Positions 31,653-42,645 are shown, counted from the first letter of the stretch. The stretch is DNA of 64,000 nt from Chamaesiphon sp. (GCA_965246715.1 CBDFFH010000047.1:142684-206683); one strand, 5' to 3'. Notes: generated by a model not told the origin, from the sequence alone. A program made the numbers and translations.

Positions 31653-32057
31653 GTGAAAAAACGGGTTACTCTTACCTTCCCCAAACGTGCGATTCAGATG
31701 CCAGTGGCGTATCGGCTGGCCAAGGATTTTAACGTTGCGGCAAATATTCTGCGCGCGCAGGTAGCACCGAATCAGATTGGGAAGTTAGTTGTCGAATTAT
31801 CTGGCGATATCGACGAGCTGGAGGCAGCGGTAGAGTGGATGCGATCGCAAGGCATTCAAGTATCGACAGCAAATAAGGAAATTTCGGTGGATGAAGATAT
31901 TTGTGTCGATTGTGGGCTGTGTACGGGGGTGTGCCCAACGGAGGCATTGAATCTCGATCCGGAGACATTCCGACTAAATTTCACACGATCGCGCTGTATC
32001 GTCTGCGAGCAGTGCATTCCCACTTGTCCGGTGCAGGCGATTTCTACCAATCTGTGA
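31653..32057 (+). CDS. NIL-domain 2x[4Fe-4S] ferredoxin
   Basis: NIL motif; CVDCGLCTGVCP and CIVCEQCIPTCP. Confidence 0.92.
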   Translation: MKKRVTLTFPKRAIQMPVAYRLAKDFNVAANILRAQVAPNQIGKLVVELSGDIDELEAAVEWMRSQGIQVSTANKEISVDEDICVDCGLCTGVCPTEALNLDPETFRLNFTRSRCIVCEQCIPTCPVQAISTNL

Positions 32058-32111
32058 ATAGGGGGTAGGGAATAGGAGATAGAGATTAGTCAATCCATAA
32101 TCCAAAATCGA

Positions 32112-32786
32112 ATGTCTAATTTGAGGCGATCGGTTTATCATAAGAACAGAGAATATCAAGATTTATTAAGTATTTTGACGATTACGACCGATCGCGCTCA
32201 TAACGATTTAATTACTCCTAGTTGGAATATGCTGACACCGATCTGGCAAGGCGATACTGAAGTAGTTAAAAGTGGTTTACCACACAGTCAGTTGCCACCA
32301 GCATGGCAAATGTTACTACTGGGGGATGGTTCGCCGACGCGGCATTTGCAACTACTAACGGGGGAACCGACCGAAGTAGATGTTATCGATATGTCCACGA
32401 TCGGGATGGCTGAAGATAATGCTCCCAGCTCGTTACAAATGGTGCCAGGGCCGAGGGTGCGCCGTCAGGTGTGGCTACGGACGGCTTCGGGTCAGCGATT
32501 GGCTTATGCGACCTCCTGGTGGGAGGCGCGACATGTAGATGAGTATTTAGAAAATAAATCTTTGCCAATTTGGGCGAGTTTGGCGAAGCTACGGACGGAA
32601 TTGTATCGGGATGTCCAGGGCATCTATTGTGGCGAGTCGCCCGCTTTGGCCGATGCTTTTGGTGAGCCGGAAACTTCTTTGTGGGGTCGTCACTATTTAT
32701 TTTGGCATCACGGTAAGCCGTTGACGCTGATTTACGAAGTGTTTTCGCCTTATCTTCAGCGCCATTTGGGTCAGATTACCAGATAA
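32112..32786 (+). CDS. Chorismate lyase-like protein (DUF98/UbiC-like); true start probably downstream
   Basis: LLGDGSPTRHL, RRQVWL, LAYATSWW, IYEVFSP. Confidence 0.85.
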   Translation: MSNLRRSVYHKNREYQDLLSILTITTDRAHNDLITPSWNMLTPIWQGDTEVVKSGLPHSQLPPAWQMLLLGDGSPTRHLQLLTGEPTEVDVIDMSTIGMAEDNAPSSLQMVPGPRVRRQVWLRTASGQRLAYATSWWEARHVDEYLENKSLPIWASLAKLRTELYRDVQGIYCGESPALADAFGEPETSLWGRHYLFWHHGKPLTLIYEVFSPYLQRHLGQITR

Positions 32787-32796
32787 TTTCCATCCA

Positions 32797-32876
32797 TAAA
32801 GGAACCGCCCAAAACACGGTTAAGTGTTTCAGGCGGAATGTGGTGTGAGGAGTGAACGGAAACATCAGCCTCCGTT
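32797..32876 (-). ncRNA. yfr1: Yfr1 small RNA
   Basis: ACTCCTCACAC motif (32853-32843) between a 5' hairpin (AACGGA..TCCGTT) and a terminator hairpin (CCGCC..GGCGG); downstream of guaB. Confidence 0.92.
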
Positions 32877-32882
32877 ATCTCA

Positions 32883-32888
32883 ATTGTA
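32883..32888 (-). promoter_or_regulatory. -10 box of Yfr1
   Basis: TACAAT 6 nt upstream of the predicted 5' end. Confidence 0.65.
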
Positions 32889-33090
32889 ACAGCACCATTA
32901 AGATTAGGTGTTAGGGATTAGCAGTGTTCGCCTGCCTTTGTTTCCCATCCAGAGCGCGCCAATCAGGGAAACAAGACAAGCAAAGCAACAAGACAGGAGT
33001 TAGGGATTAGGGGAAAATTAAGAAATTAATTAATTTACCGATCGCCATCACCGTAACCTTTCAAGCCGAGACCGAGATCTCGAAAAGCTG

Positions 33091-34254
33091 TTATTTACCC
33101 ATCCCCAACTGTTGCGCTTTTTGGTAGACTTTACCTTCGGTCAGGAGCGAAGGGGCGATGACCACTTCGACTTGCTGCATTTCCTTAATTGTTTTGGCAC
33201 CGAGCGTGCCCATACTAGTTTGAAGTGCGCCTAAGAGGTTGTGAGTCCCATCATCCAATTTGGCAGGGCCACGTAAGATCTGCTGCAAGCTGCCAGTCGT
33301 GCCGACTTTGATCCGCGTACCTCTGGGCAATACCGGGCTGGGAGTGGCCATCCCCCAATGGAAGCCGCGTCCGGGTGCTTCGGCAGCGCGGGCAAACGGC
33401 GAACCGATCATTACACCATCGGCACCGCAAGCGATACACTTACAAATGTCGCCACCAGTGACTAAGCCACCGTCGGCAATCACAGGGATATATTTACCCG
33501 TTTGCTTGAAAAACTCATCTCTTGCTGCCGCACAGTCAGCAACGGCAGTAGCTTGGGGTACGCCAACACCCAGTACTCCGCGCGAAGTACAAGCTGCACC
33601 TGGGCCGATTCCGACAAGGACTGCTGCTGCACCAGCTTGCATCAATTCGAGGGTAATATCATAGGTGACGCAATTACCCAAAATCACAGGCATGGGCATT
33701 TCCTGACAGAATTTAGCTAGATTCAGCGGTTGGATGCCATCGGGAGCGAGAAATTCAGTCGAGACAACGGTAGCCTGGATAAAGAATAGATCGGCACCAG
33801 CTTTAGCGACGGCATCGCCAAATCTCACCGCACCTGCGGGTGTAGCACTAACTGCGGCAATTCCTCCGCCTGCTTTGATTTCAGCAATTCGGCGTTCGAT
33901 CAATTCTGGCTTAATCGGCTCGGCATAGAGTTCCTGCATTAGGGTGACAAATCCATCATTGCCTACAGCCGCAATCCGATCGAGAATCGGGTTGGGATCG
34001 TCATAGCGTGTTTGAATCCCTTCCAAGTTGAGTACGCCGAGCGCGCCGAGTTTTGACAACTCGATCGCCATACGGACATCGATTACCCCATCCATTGCAC
34101 TGGCAATAATCGGGATCTCGCGTTTTACTCCACCAATTTGCCAGCTAGTATCTGCCAAACTGGGATCTAGTGTTCTCCCGCTAGGCACTAGGGCTATTTC
34201 GTCAAACCCGTAGGCTCTCCGTGCTGTCTTCCCTTTCCCAATTTGAATATCCAC
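33091..34254 (-). CDS. guaB: IMP dehydrogenase-related protein (GuaB3 type)
   Basis: [28 protein letters not shown] start at 34254. Confidence 0.95.
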   Translation of the reverse strand: MDIQIGKGKTARRAYGFDEIALVPSGRTLDPSLADTSWQIGGVKREIPIIASAMDGVIDVRMAIELSKLGALGVLNLEGIQTRYDDPNPILDRIAAVGNDGFVTLMQELYAEPIKPELIERRIAEIKAGGGIAAVSATPAGAVRFGDAVAKAGADLFFIQATVVSTEFLAPDGIQPLNLAKFCQEMPMPVILGNCVTYDITLELMQAGAAAVLVGIGPGAACTSRGVLGVGVPQATAVADCAAARDEFFKQTGKYIPVIADGGLVTGGDICKCIACGADGVMIGSPFARAAEAPGRGFHWGMATPSPVLPRGTRIKVGTTGSLQQILRGPAKLDDGTHNLLGALQTSMGTLGAKTIKEMQQVEVVIAPSLLTEGKVYQKAQQLGMGK

Positions 34255-34538
34255 GATCGCTCCGACCTTCTTCCACAAAACGTATTTAAGTAAGCCTAAC
34301 AAATAGACCGCAACATTTGTTTACTTTTTTACAGATTTTTTTTGGGGATCGTGGGTTAGGGGATCGAGTTGAGGGGTTAGGGCAGAGCAATTTAGTGGTT
34401 AGTGGCTGGTAAGTAGAGCCTAGAATCGTTTGGTTATAGTTGCTCTAGACATTTATAACGATCGACATGACGTGCTGAAAACGAATTTTTGCTGCGCCTG
34501 AGCTAGTTCTCCTAATTTCAGCACTAAATTATGATTGA

Positions 34539-35270
34539 CTATTTGCCATCTCGAAAGCGATCGGGATTCAATTTGCCCAGCCCACTATCCTTAGTATTAG
34601 TATTGTTCGGACGCAGTTGTGTCGCGGTACCGCCATCTTGGGTCGATAAAAATGGGCGCAAGTCGATACTGTCTTTGGTTTGGAACGAACGTGTTGCCGT
34701 TGCCCCAGTAGTGCCGTCAGTGGTGCCAATCCCTGGTAGTCTATTTCCCAAAATCTTACTCAGACCATTATTATTCCCTTCGGCGAAGGTAGTGACCCCA
34801 GTAGTCTGTTGCCCACTATCTGCGAGCGTGAGATTGCGAAATACCGCATCTCTAGTAGCGATCGCATCTTTGCCTGTGGGTACTGTAAAGACAATCCGAC
34901 ACTCGCCATTTTTTTCGGTGGTGACACAGACGATATCATACTGATTTTTGAGATCTGTCCGCAGTTCCTTAAGTCCATCGCGACGGTACTCCTCAAGGCG
35001 ACGGGCGATTTCGGTACAACGTTTGGCGGCATTCCAATTGCTACCCATCGTACTGGGAACCGCCCACGGATACCGATCTCCAGGTCGATCGATTGGATGA
35101 TAAGTAACGGTATACTGGCTAGCGATCGATTCACACATAAATCGAGCTTGAGTGCCACCGGATGGGACGCTAGTTTTGGGTGTCGGTGGGCCATATTGCG
35201 CCCCCACACTTCCAGCTGTTAGGACGGCACCTAAGATGGCCCAACTCCAGATGTTTAGATATTTATACAT
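34539..35270 (-). CDS. COP23 domain-containing exported protein
   Basis: Signal peptide; RFMC, W..KRCTEIARRL, IVCV..CRIVFTV pattern. Confidence 0.8.
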   Translation of the reverse strand: MYKYLNIWSWAILGAVLTAGSVGAQYGPPTPKTSVPSGGTQARFMCESIASQYTVTYHPIDRPGDRYPWAVPSTMGSNWNAAKRCTEIARRLEEYRRDGLKELRTDLKNQYDIVCVTTEKNGECRIVFTVPTGKDAIATRDAVFRNLTLADSGQQTTGVTTFAEGNNNGLSKILGNRLPGIGTTDGTTGATATRSFQTKDSIDLRPFLSTQDGGTATQLRPNNTNTKDSGLGKLNPDRFRDGK

Positions 35271-35969
35271 ACGGCTAATTGCAAGGTGGTGTGAGGGATT
35301 GGAGCTGATAAAGTAGCAGATCTGCTTGGCTGTGATGACCGTAGATCGATGGGGAAAGTTCCGAGAATATTAAGGAGTAAAAACCGCCCGATTGAGTCTA
35401 TTATCGCGCTGGCAACTGCTAAAACTCGAACCGATCGCTCCGCTAAAATTAACTCGTTCTTGCCAAATTTCCCGCCGAGCGTTCGGGTCAGATCTACTTA
35501 CTAGGGAGAGTTTGAAGTCGAAAATATCGCCAACATCTGCCAAAATCAATCATCAAATGGTATACAAAATCTATACCAAATGAATTGGTGTACATGCTGA
35601 TGTTAGCGGCATATTTTAGCGGTTATCGGTCGGCAGTGGAAATTGGCATTTTAATATTTTCCTTGGCTGTGGCAGCATCCTGTCGGCGATCGGCGATCGA
35701 TTCGAGTATCACCTATAATGTCATTGGATAATTATTTGTGAGTTATTTCGATCGATAACATCGTGTCAAATTGAAGTAATATATTGTTCAGATCGATGAC
35801 TGTCTGGAAGAATCTAACCAAAAAATAGCAGACAAACAACTAGATCTTATCTGTCACAATCGGTGATTCTCAAGCGGTAGCAATCGTTCCCACTCGCTGG
35901 TGGCGATTTAATCTTCCGCTGACGACCGATAACCGATTCCAAAGTCGTTCATGGTGTATTAGGTGAACT

Positions 35970-38480
35970 GTGCGAATTCCGCTTGATTATTATCAAATTT
36001 TGGCGATAACCGAGAGCAATCTGTCGGAGCTAGAGCAGGCGTATCGAGATCGCCTACTGCAATTGCCGAGACAAGGATACTCAGATGCCGCGATCGAATC
36101 TCGCAAACAACTCATTACCGTTGCCTATGGGGTGTTGAGCGATCCGCACCAACGCCAACTGTATGCAGCAAACCCAACATCCTCAGTGATAATGGCAGCT
36201 AACGCTGGCTCGACGCATGAAAGTACTGCACCAGCAACCTTCGATCGCCGTCCCGAGCTAGAAATTGCGCCAGAACACTTTTTGGGTGGGCTGTTAATCC
36301 TGTTCGAGCGGGGTGAATACGAAGAAATTAACAGCATTTGCATGCCATATTTGGGCAACAACGGGCGCAATAGCAATAGCGGGAGCCTCCATCCGCATGT
36401 GCCCATACAGTTGACTCCTAGTGGCAATCTTCGCACGTCAGAACCGATGGTTCATGTCGAGTCAGCCGCCATCAATAAGTTTAAACGCACCCCAGCAGGC
36501 GATCGGGTGATTCCGCTCAAGCCAGATATCGTGCTGACGATGATCTTTTCATTTTTGGAACTGGGAGATCGGGAATGGCGAGATTCTTGTTTTGAAGCAG
36601 CAACGATCCACTTTGAAACCGCCCAAAAGATTTTGGTTCAGGAAGATTTATTTCCGCAGATTCAAGGACAAATCGATCGGCGGCTCGATCGCTTACGGCC
36701 TTACCGCGTCTCCTCTTTAGTTGCACTACCGCTCGAACAATACGAGCGACGACGGCAGGGAATTCAGTTTTTAGAAGAACTATTGGAATGCGCCTGTACG
36801 AACGAAGTACTATGCCAAGAGCGATTTGGACTCAATAGCGATCGGACGATCCAATTCATTCACGAAACGCTGCCGCAGCTAACGGCTGCCGAACAACGCA
36901 ATCTCTTCAGTCAGGTCGCGAGAGATTCCTACCAGTTGGGTACCAGTGCCTTGAATGTTATGCAATTGGCCTGTACCTATCTCCACGTTCACGCACTGGT
37001 CGCGCAAGGTTTTGCCTATCGCAATCCGCAATCGATCTACACCGCCCAACAAATTCTACAATATCGACTCAGCCAAAGACTAGATGTCACGATCGAGCAA
37101 GCGATCTGCGCCTTATTGCTCGGCCAAACTGAAGAAGCCCAATGCATCCTCGACGCTGCCGCAGAATCAGCCGCATTGTTAGTCATTCGCCAGCAATCTC
37201 AAGGACTCACCGATTTACTCCGAGGATTGTGCTGGTACATCGAATCTTGGTTAAAAGAAGAAGTGTTTCCCTGTTTCCGCGATACGATCGAGAGCGACCC
37301 ATCGATCGATGCTTACTTTGAAGATCGAGACGTTCAAGATTTTGCCGAACGCGTGCCTGCCGCCGATAGTAATATTTCTGGCTGGGCGACATCCGGGCCT
37401 AAATTGATCGATGTGCCAGCATCTGGCGATCTCTCTGGCTATGCTAACGAAGTAGCAGCGCCACAATTGAATCCTAGATCGATGACACCAGCCAATAGTC
37501 GCTCTGGCAGCCTCAATACAGCTTGGCAATCGTCGCAAGATCGGCTGGGTAGCGGTCGAGTCGCTCCAGCAATGCGGGTCGAACAGCCACTCACAGCACC
37601 AGTCCCCGCACCCATCCCGACTGCAAGTGAGGTTGAGAGTATCGCCGATGGCAACAAGTTAATTCATTTAGAACACGAACGCCAACGCCGTCGCCCCTCA
37701 ATGCCGACAGCCAGGACGATCGATGGTCAGTTTGAGGCAGGAGCGATTGAGGACGATCGCTATCAAGCCCCGATTGTACCCGCAGCTACCAGTCAATTAG
37801 TGCCCACACCGAAAGCACGACCGACGGGAAAGATGGTGCGCTCGAGGAGATTGCGGCGAAAGCCTAACATTCCTCGGATTTTGCTCGTCGGTACGGGTGG
37901 GATTGCTTGCTTGTGGGGAGTCGTCTGGTTGGTAAACGCCATGTTACGTGGATTGGCAGATCCGTCACCGATTCCGAGTACGATTACAACTTATGCTTCC
38001 AGTCCGGTGCTGCCGACTCCAGCGCTAGAAGCAAGCCGTCCAGACCCACAACCATTGCCCAAGACTCCAAGTGGAGCCTTGAGTGCCGATCTTGCCAAAC
38101 AAACCGTGTCCAAGTGGTTGAGCGCCAAAGCCAGCTCTTTAAGCCAAAGCTATCAAACCGATCGCTTAAAAGACATTCTGGTCGAACCCGCGCTATCTAC
38201 CGCACTCGATCGTGCCCAAACAGCCAAGGCAGATGGAGTTTACTGGCAATATACGCATCCGAAAGTAGTCATCGAGCCGCTGCCACAGATCGACCCCGCC
38301 GCAAAAACTGCCACGATCGAGGCTAAAGTCACCGAAGATGCCAAATATTTTGAGAACTCACGCTTGAATCCCAGTCGTTCGTATGCCAAGACATTACTAG
38401 TTGAGTACAATCTCGTCCGTCAAGACGATCGCTGGTACGTCAAGGACATGGCTGTGATTAAAACCCTCGCTGGTGGCTAG
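35970..38480 (+). CDS. ftn2: Cell division protein Ftn2/ZipN (ARC6 homolog)
   Basis: MRIPLDYYQIL J-like domain, CALLLGQTEEA, WLKEEVFPCFRD, TM helix, C-terminal DUF4101-like domain. Confidence 0.9.
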   Translation: MRIPLDYYQILAITESNLSELEQAYRDRLLQLPRQGYSDAAIESRKQLITVAYGVLSDPHQRQLYAANPTSSVIMAANAGSTHESTAPATFDRRPELEIAPEHFLGGLLILFERGEYEEINSICMPYLGNNGRNSNSGSLHPHVPIQLTPSGNLRTSEPMVHVESAAINKFKRTPAGDRVIPLKPDIVLTMIFSFLELGDREWRDSCFEAATIHFETAQKILVQEDLFPQIQGQIDRRLDRLRPYRVSSLVALPLEQYERRRQGIQFLEELLECACTNEVLCQERFGLNSDRTIQFIHETLPQLTAAEQRNLFSQVARDSYQLGTSALNVMQLACTYLHVHALVAQGFAYRNPQSIYTAQQILQYRLSQRLDVTIEQAICALLLGQTEEAQCILDAAAESAALLVIRQQSQGLTDLLRGLCWYIESWLKEEVFPCFRDTIESDPSIDAYFEDRDVQDFAERVPAADSNISGWATSGPKLIDVPASGDLSGYANEVAAPQLNPRSMTPANSRSGSLNTAWQSSQDRLGSGRVAPAMRVEQPLTAPVPAPIPTASEVESIADGNKLIHLEHERQRRRPSMPTARTIDGQFEAGAIEDDRYQAPIVPAATSQLVPTPKARPTGKMVRSRRLRRKPNIPRILLVGTGGIACLWGVVWLVNAMLRGLADPSPIPSTITTYASSPVLPTPALEASRPDPQPLPKTPSGALSADLAKQTVSKWLSAKASSLSQSYQTDRLKDILVEPALSTALDRAQTAKADGVYWQYTHPKVVIEPLPQIDPAAKTATIEAKVTEDAKYFENSRLNPSRSYAKTLLVEYNLVRQDDRWYVKDMAVIKTLAGG

Positions 38481-38631
38481 TTGGTAGCTGCACTAGCGCC
38501 TATGCTCTACTTGTTATTTCTGAAGCGCGATGCTCCCCACGTATGAGTCCTACCGCCGAACTAATCCGTTGGCGGATGCGCTCGGACAGTTTGTCATAAT
38601 TTAATGTAAATATTAATTTACTCCGCCTAGA

Positions 38632-39585
38632 TTGTCATACATAGATTACACGATCGATCCACTCGTCCGAGCTTACACTCCATTAATTTGTTGGACGGGC
38701 TTAGGCATCCTATCTGTTAAATTTCTGCCCTCCTCTTTTGCATATTGGTTGGGGCGGAGTCTCTATTGGGTGGGAGTACCGATCGAGATTTTCTCGCTAG
38801 CACGGCAAACGACCTTCGACGAACGCGCTCGCCTAGCGCCGACGATTACGATCGCGTCGTTGTTCTTAGGTTTAGCATTAGGTTGGTTGAGTCTTCAGAT
38901 CTGTCAGCGGCTCCAACCTGACTCACCACCCCCATCACCCAAAGTCAAAGGGAGCTTGATGCTCAGTTCGATGCTGGGCAATACCGGATTTGTGGGACTG
39001 GCGATCGTACCATTTTTTGTTTCGGCAACGGATTTGAGTTGGGCAGTGCTGTATAGCGTTACCCAAAATGTGTTTGGTACGTATGGATTGGGAGTACTAG
39101 TCTCTAGTTACTATGGTCGTCAAGGTACTGCGACTAATAATTGGTGGATGCAGTTCAAAGATTTGCTGTCTGTGCCCTCGCTGTGGGGATTTGCGCTAGG
39201 TTCGCTGACACGGAGTGTAAAAATCCCTGAAGTAGTAGAATCAGGTCTTCACGCCTCGATTTGGGTAGTTATTCCCGGTGCATTTATTTTGATGGGCATC
39301 CGGCTGAGCCAGATTCAGGGCTGGCAAAGTCTCAAACTCGCGCTGATTCCAGCCATTCTCAAAACGATCGTCATGCCTACTATTGTCGGGATTGCCATCT
39401 CGATGCTGGGGATAACTGGCGATCCACGGTTGGGGTTGGTATTAATGTCGGCGATGCCTTGTGCTTTTGCTGGATTGATTCTCTCAGAAGAATATAATCT
39501 CGATCGCAATCTCGTCGCTAGTAGTATTATCGTTAGTACGTTAATTTTTCTAGTAATGATTCCCGTTTGGCTGTATTTTTATTAG
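38632..39585 (+). CDS. AEC family transporter
   Basis: Multi-TM; GNTGFVGL, SAMPCA motifs. Confidence 0.88.
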   Translation: MSYIDYTIDPLVRAYTPLICWTGLGILSVKFLPSSFAYWLGRSLYWVGVPIEIFSLARQTTFDERARLAPTITIASLFLGLALGWLSLQICQRLQPDSPPPSPKVKGSLMLSSMLGNTGFVGLAIVPFFVSATDLSWAVLYSVTQNVFGTYGLGVLVSSYYGRQGTATNNWWMQFKDLLSVPSLWGFALGSLTRSVKIPEVVESGLHASIWVVIPGAFILMGIRLSQIQGWQSLKLALIPAILKTIVMPTIVGIAISMLGITGDPRLGLVLMSAMPCAFAGLILSEEYNLDRNLVASSIIVSTLIFLVMIPVWLYFY

Positions 39586-39730
39586 GCAGCGTTAACCGAG
39601 CTAAGAAAATACCAGAGGGGACTCTTTTTAAAAACCAAATTAACTGAAGATCGCACTGCTTATTTGAGTCAATTTTCGATCTACCTCTGCAAGGAAATAA
39701 TCATGATGTCGGCCCGGTAGAGTGATTAAA

Positions 39731-39820
39731 GGCGTTGCTGAATTCAGGTATGAAATGCACAAACAATTTTTGTAGGGGTATTACTCCTACAAGAAAATTC
39801 TACCCCGATTCAACAATGCC
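39731..39820. mobile_element. 90-bp MITE with 8-bp target duplication
   Basis: Imperfect IR GGCGTTGCTGAAT / ATTCAACAATGCC; TGATTAAA at 39723-39730 and 39821-39828. Confidence 0.8.
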
Positions 39821-39852
39821 TGATTAAAGTCGATCGCTCCGAACAGCTGCGA

Positions 39853-40566
39853 TTACAAGCCACCAAACCATTCATACCCAAGATCTTCCCAATATCCGCG
39901 TTTGGGTAATAATTGACTGGTTACTACTATCTCCGTCACCCATTTGCTCTGTTTATAGCCTAACTTAATCGGCGCAGCCAATCGCAACGGCGCACCATTT
40001 TCTGGCGGCAAAGGTCGGCCATTCATTTGATAAGCTAATAGAGTTTGTGGATGTAAAGCCGAAGCTAAATCCCAACTTTCATAATAACCATCGGCAGATT
40101 TAAAATAGACATATTTAGCACTCGGGTTGAGTTGTGCCAAAGTCAATAAATCCCGCAAGCGAATACCACCCCACTGCACGATTGCCGCCCATCCTTCCAC
40201 GCAAACATGCCGGATCACCATTGATGCAAATGGGAGCGATTGCAGATCGGCAACACTCAAACTTAAGTTTTTAGTAACTTCCCCAGTAAGTTGTAATCGA
40301 AAATTTGCTAGATCGATCGCGGGTGTCCCTTTAAAACTATTTACAATCAATCGATCGGGTTCGATTGCACTTAGCGGAAATTCTGGCGTTGGCTGTTGTG
40401 ATAATAATAATGCCTCAACCCCTTCATTAACGGGCATGGAAAGCCGCCCGATCGGGTCATAAAGCAGCGTTCCCGCAACATTGACTAGTAAACCAGCCCC
40501 TAGCCATTGCAAGAGCTGACGGCGCGAAATTTGCCCCGATGCTGGTAATTCTTCGTTCGTACTCAT
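39853..40566 (-). CDS. Molybdopterin-dependent oxidoreductase (sulfite oxidase/MsrP-like)
   Basis: SRRQLL Tat-like signal, HVCVEGW, NGAPLRL, GYKQSKW, GYWEDLGY. Confidence 0.9.
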   Translation of the reverse strand: MSTNEELPASGQISRRQLLQWLGAGLLVNVAGTLLYDPIGRLSMPVNEGVEALLLSQQPTPEFPLSAIEPDRLIVNSFKGTPAIDLANFRLQLTGEVTKNLSLSVADLQSLPFASMVIRHVCVEGWAAIVQWGGIRLRDLLTLAQLNPSAKYVYFKSADGYYESWDLASALHPQTLLAYQMNGRPLPPENGAPLRLAAPIKLGYKQSKWVTEIVVTSQLLPKRGYWEDLGYEWFGGL

Positions 40567-40602
40567 CTCGGCACTCCAATCTCAAATTCAGATCGATACA
40601 CT

Positions 40603-41226
40603 TTAGATCTCTGCACTATTTTCGATCGCTAGAAATGCAGTAGCGATTTTACTTTCGCCGATCCCTAACGCCAGCGTGGAGTGCAGCAGCGTAAATAACA
40701 CCACGAGCGGAACGGTCATAAAATGCGCGGTGCGTAATGCTTGCCAATCGCCGAATAAAGACGACAACCAATAAAATTGCACTGGCTGATACATGGCTAA
40801 GCCGCTAGCGATCGCCAGTAGTAGAATCGGGATGATACTGGTATAAACGATCCGATGCCAAGCATAGCGTCTGCGCTTGGTATTTTGGCTGGCTTGTAGG
40901 GCTTTAAGATCTTTCCCCGTCACAAATCGATCGCGCCATCGTTGCGTTGCCAAAATATAAATTCCATATGCTAGGAGATTTAAGCCATAAATCCACATGA
41001 ATGCAAAATGCCAATTGCGTCCCCCAGCCAACCACCCCCCGAGCGTAAACAGCCACGGGATCTGTAGACCTTCGCGTCCGCCAAATACCGGATTGGCATT
41101 ATAAATTTGCAAGCCACTGGTCATCATGCCAAACAGACTGAGGATATTCAGCCAATGAATCAACCGCACGACAATCGGCTGTCCTGCGGTTTTTTTGCCA
41201 GTTGTCGATCGCAGTTCAATAGACAT
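40603..41226 (-). CDS. Cytochrome b/b6-domain membrane protein (redox partner of the Mo enzyme)
   Basis: RLIHWLN, GGWLAGGRNWHF, RTAHF..LLH; start at ATG 41226. Confidence 0.85.
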   Translation of the reverse strand: MSIELRSTTGKKTAGQPIVVRLIHWLNILSLFGMMTSGLQIYNANPVFGGREGLQIPWLFTLGGWLAGGRNWHFAFMWIYGLNLLAYGIYILATQRWRDRFVTGKDLKALQASQNTKRRRYAWHRIVYTSIIPILLLAIASGLAMYQPVQFYWLSSLFGDWQALRTAHFMTVPLVVLFTLLHSTLALGIGESKIATAFLAIENSAEI

Positions 41227-41269
41227 CTTGCAGTTGCTGAAGAGAATGGTTGATAAAAATCTGTAATTT

Positions 41270-41617
41270 TTAGATGAACTGCTTGGCAATCGCCTCAGTT
41301 TTTGCTGCCATAATCAGATCGTTCTGATGCAAGCCACCGATCGTATGCGTCCACCAGGTGACAGTAACCTTGCCCCATTCAGTGAGGATCGCGGGATGAT
41401 GTTGTTCGGCTTCGGCTAAGTCGCCAACCGCATTGGTAAAGGAGATCGCGGTTTTAAAATCTTTGAATTTGAATAAGCGTTCGAGCCGTTGTTCGCCATT
41501 GACTTCGTACGGGCACCAGTCTGGAATTTGCGGTTGGAAAGCAGCGAGTTCGGCTGGCGTAATGGCGATTTCGCCACCATGACAAGGAATGCATGTCTGG
41601 GCTACTAGATCTGTCAT
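41270..41617 (-). CDS. phhB: Pterin-4-alpha-carbinolamine dehydratase
   Basis: CIPC, AEAEQHHP, WWTHTIGGLHQND; start probably ATG 41617. Confidence 0.9.
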   Translation of the reverse strand: MTDLVAQTCIPCHGGEIAITPAELAAFQPQIPDWCPYEVNGEQRLERLFKFKDFKTAISFTNAVGDLAEAEQHHPAILTEWGKVTVTWWTHTIGGLHQNDLIMAAKTEAIAKQFI

Positions 41618-41736
41618 CGTTAAAATCTCCACTTAAACTAGCAATATTCCCACTATTAGCAGGGTAAGTCGATCGATCTGGCAAAACTCTCGATCGTGCT
41701 CAAATATTCGATGTGACTACCCTAGATAACCTTAGT

Positions 41737-42645
41737 TTAAATCTTTCCTGTAGCTGTAGGTGGAGCCGTTGGTGTTGCTTTTGCGGTGGGAGCCTCTGCG
41801 GGGATCGAGGCTAATTCGAGCAGTTCGGGAATCGTTGCAAACGTATAACCTTGAGCGCGAAGTTGAGCGATCATTTCTGGTAAAGCTTTGGCGGTATTGT
41901 CATGGTTGCCACCACCATCATGCATCAAGACGATGCCCCCAGGAGTTGCTTGGGAGACTACGGTCTTAATCATCGCGGCTGGTGAAGGACGATGGGGATG
42001 ACTATCATTAGAATCTACCGACCACATCACCACCGACTGTTTCTTGCTCTGAGCATAGGATACCAACCCATTAGTTAAGACACCACCAGGCGGTCTGAAA
42101 TACGCAGTCTCCACATTCAGAACTTCTTTGATAATTTTGGCCGTGTCCTCAATTTCACGTTGAGCGACTAGTGGACTCATCTTATTATACCAGTGATGGA
42201 GGGTATGATTGGCGATCGCATGTCCGTCTGCAAGCACTTTTTTCCCGATTTCTGGATAAGATTTCAAAGGTTGTCCGATCGTAAAGAAAGTAGCTTTGAT
42301 TTTTTCTTTCTTTAGCGTTGCTAAAATCTTTTCAGTGGTTTCAGGCCACGGGCCATCATCAAATGTCAGCGCGATTACTTTTTCATTACTGGGTAAAGTT
42401 GCTTCTTTGATCGTCTTGGCTTGGAAATTTTTGGGCACATCAAAATTGAGCGGAATCGAACTCACGATGTCCTGGGCGACATCGACTGTCTGAGCCACAC
42501 CCGTCTTGGCAACTAAGGCATCCGCAGTGACACTACCCAAAATAGTATGTAACATTACGAATATCGCACAGGATATAGCGGCGATCGCTATCCACAAGAA
42601 TTTTCCTGGTAGTAAATGTTGAATGCGATTTTGATGCTTGTCCAT
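41737..42645 (-). CDS. Polysaccharide deacetylase (NodB/CE4)
   Basis: ALTFDDGP, NHTLHH, FRPPGG, IVLMHD; N-terminal TM helix. Confidence 0.93.
   Translation of the reverse strand: MDKHQNRIQHLLPGKFLWIAIAAISCAIFVMLHTILGSVTADALVAKTGVAQTVDVAQDIVSSIPLNFDVPKNFQAKTIKEATLPSNEKVIALTFDDGPWPETTEKILATLKKEKIKATFFTIGQPLKSYPEIGKKVLADGHAIANHTLHHWYNKMSPLVAQREIEDTAKIIKEVLNVETAYFRPPGGVLTNGLVSYAQSKKQSVVMWSVDSNDSHPHRPSPAAMIKTVVSQATPGGIVLMHDGGGNHDNTAKALPEMIAQLRAQGYTFATIPELLELASIPAEAPTAKATPTAPPTATGKI

Noticed and set aside
35271..35969. SRP RNA or other ncRNA upstream of ftn2
   Set aside because: No SRP helix-8 GGAA motif in a suitable stem and no other recognisable RNA motif found by eye
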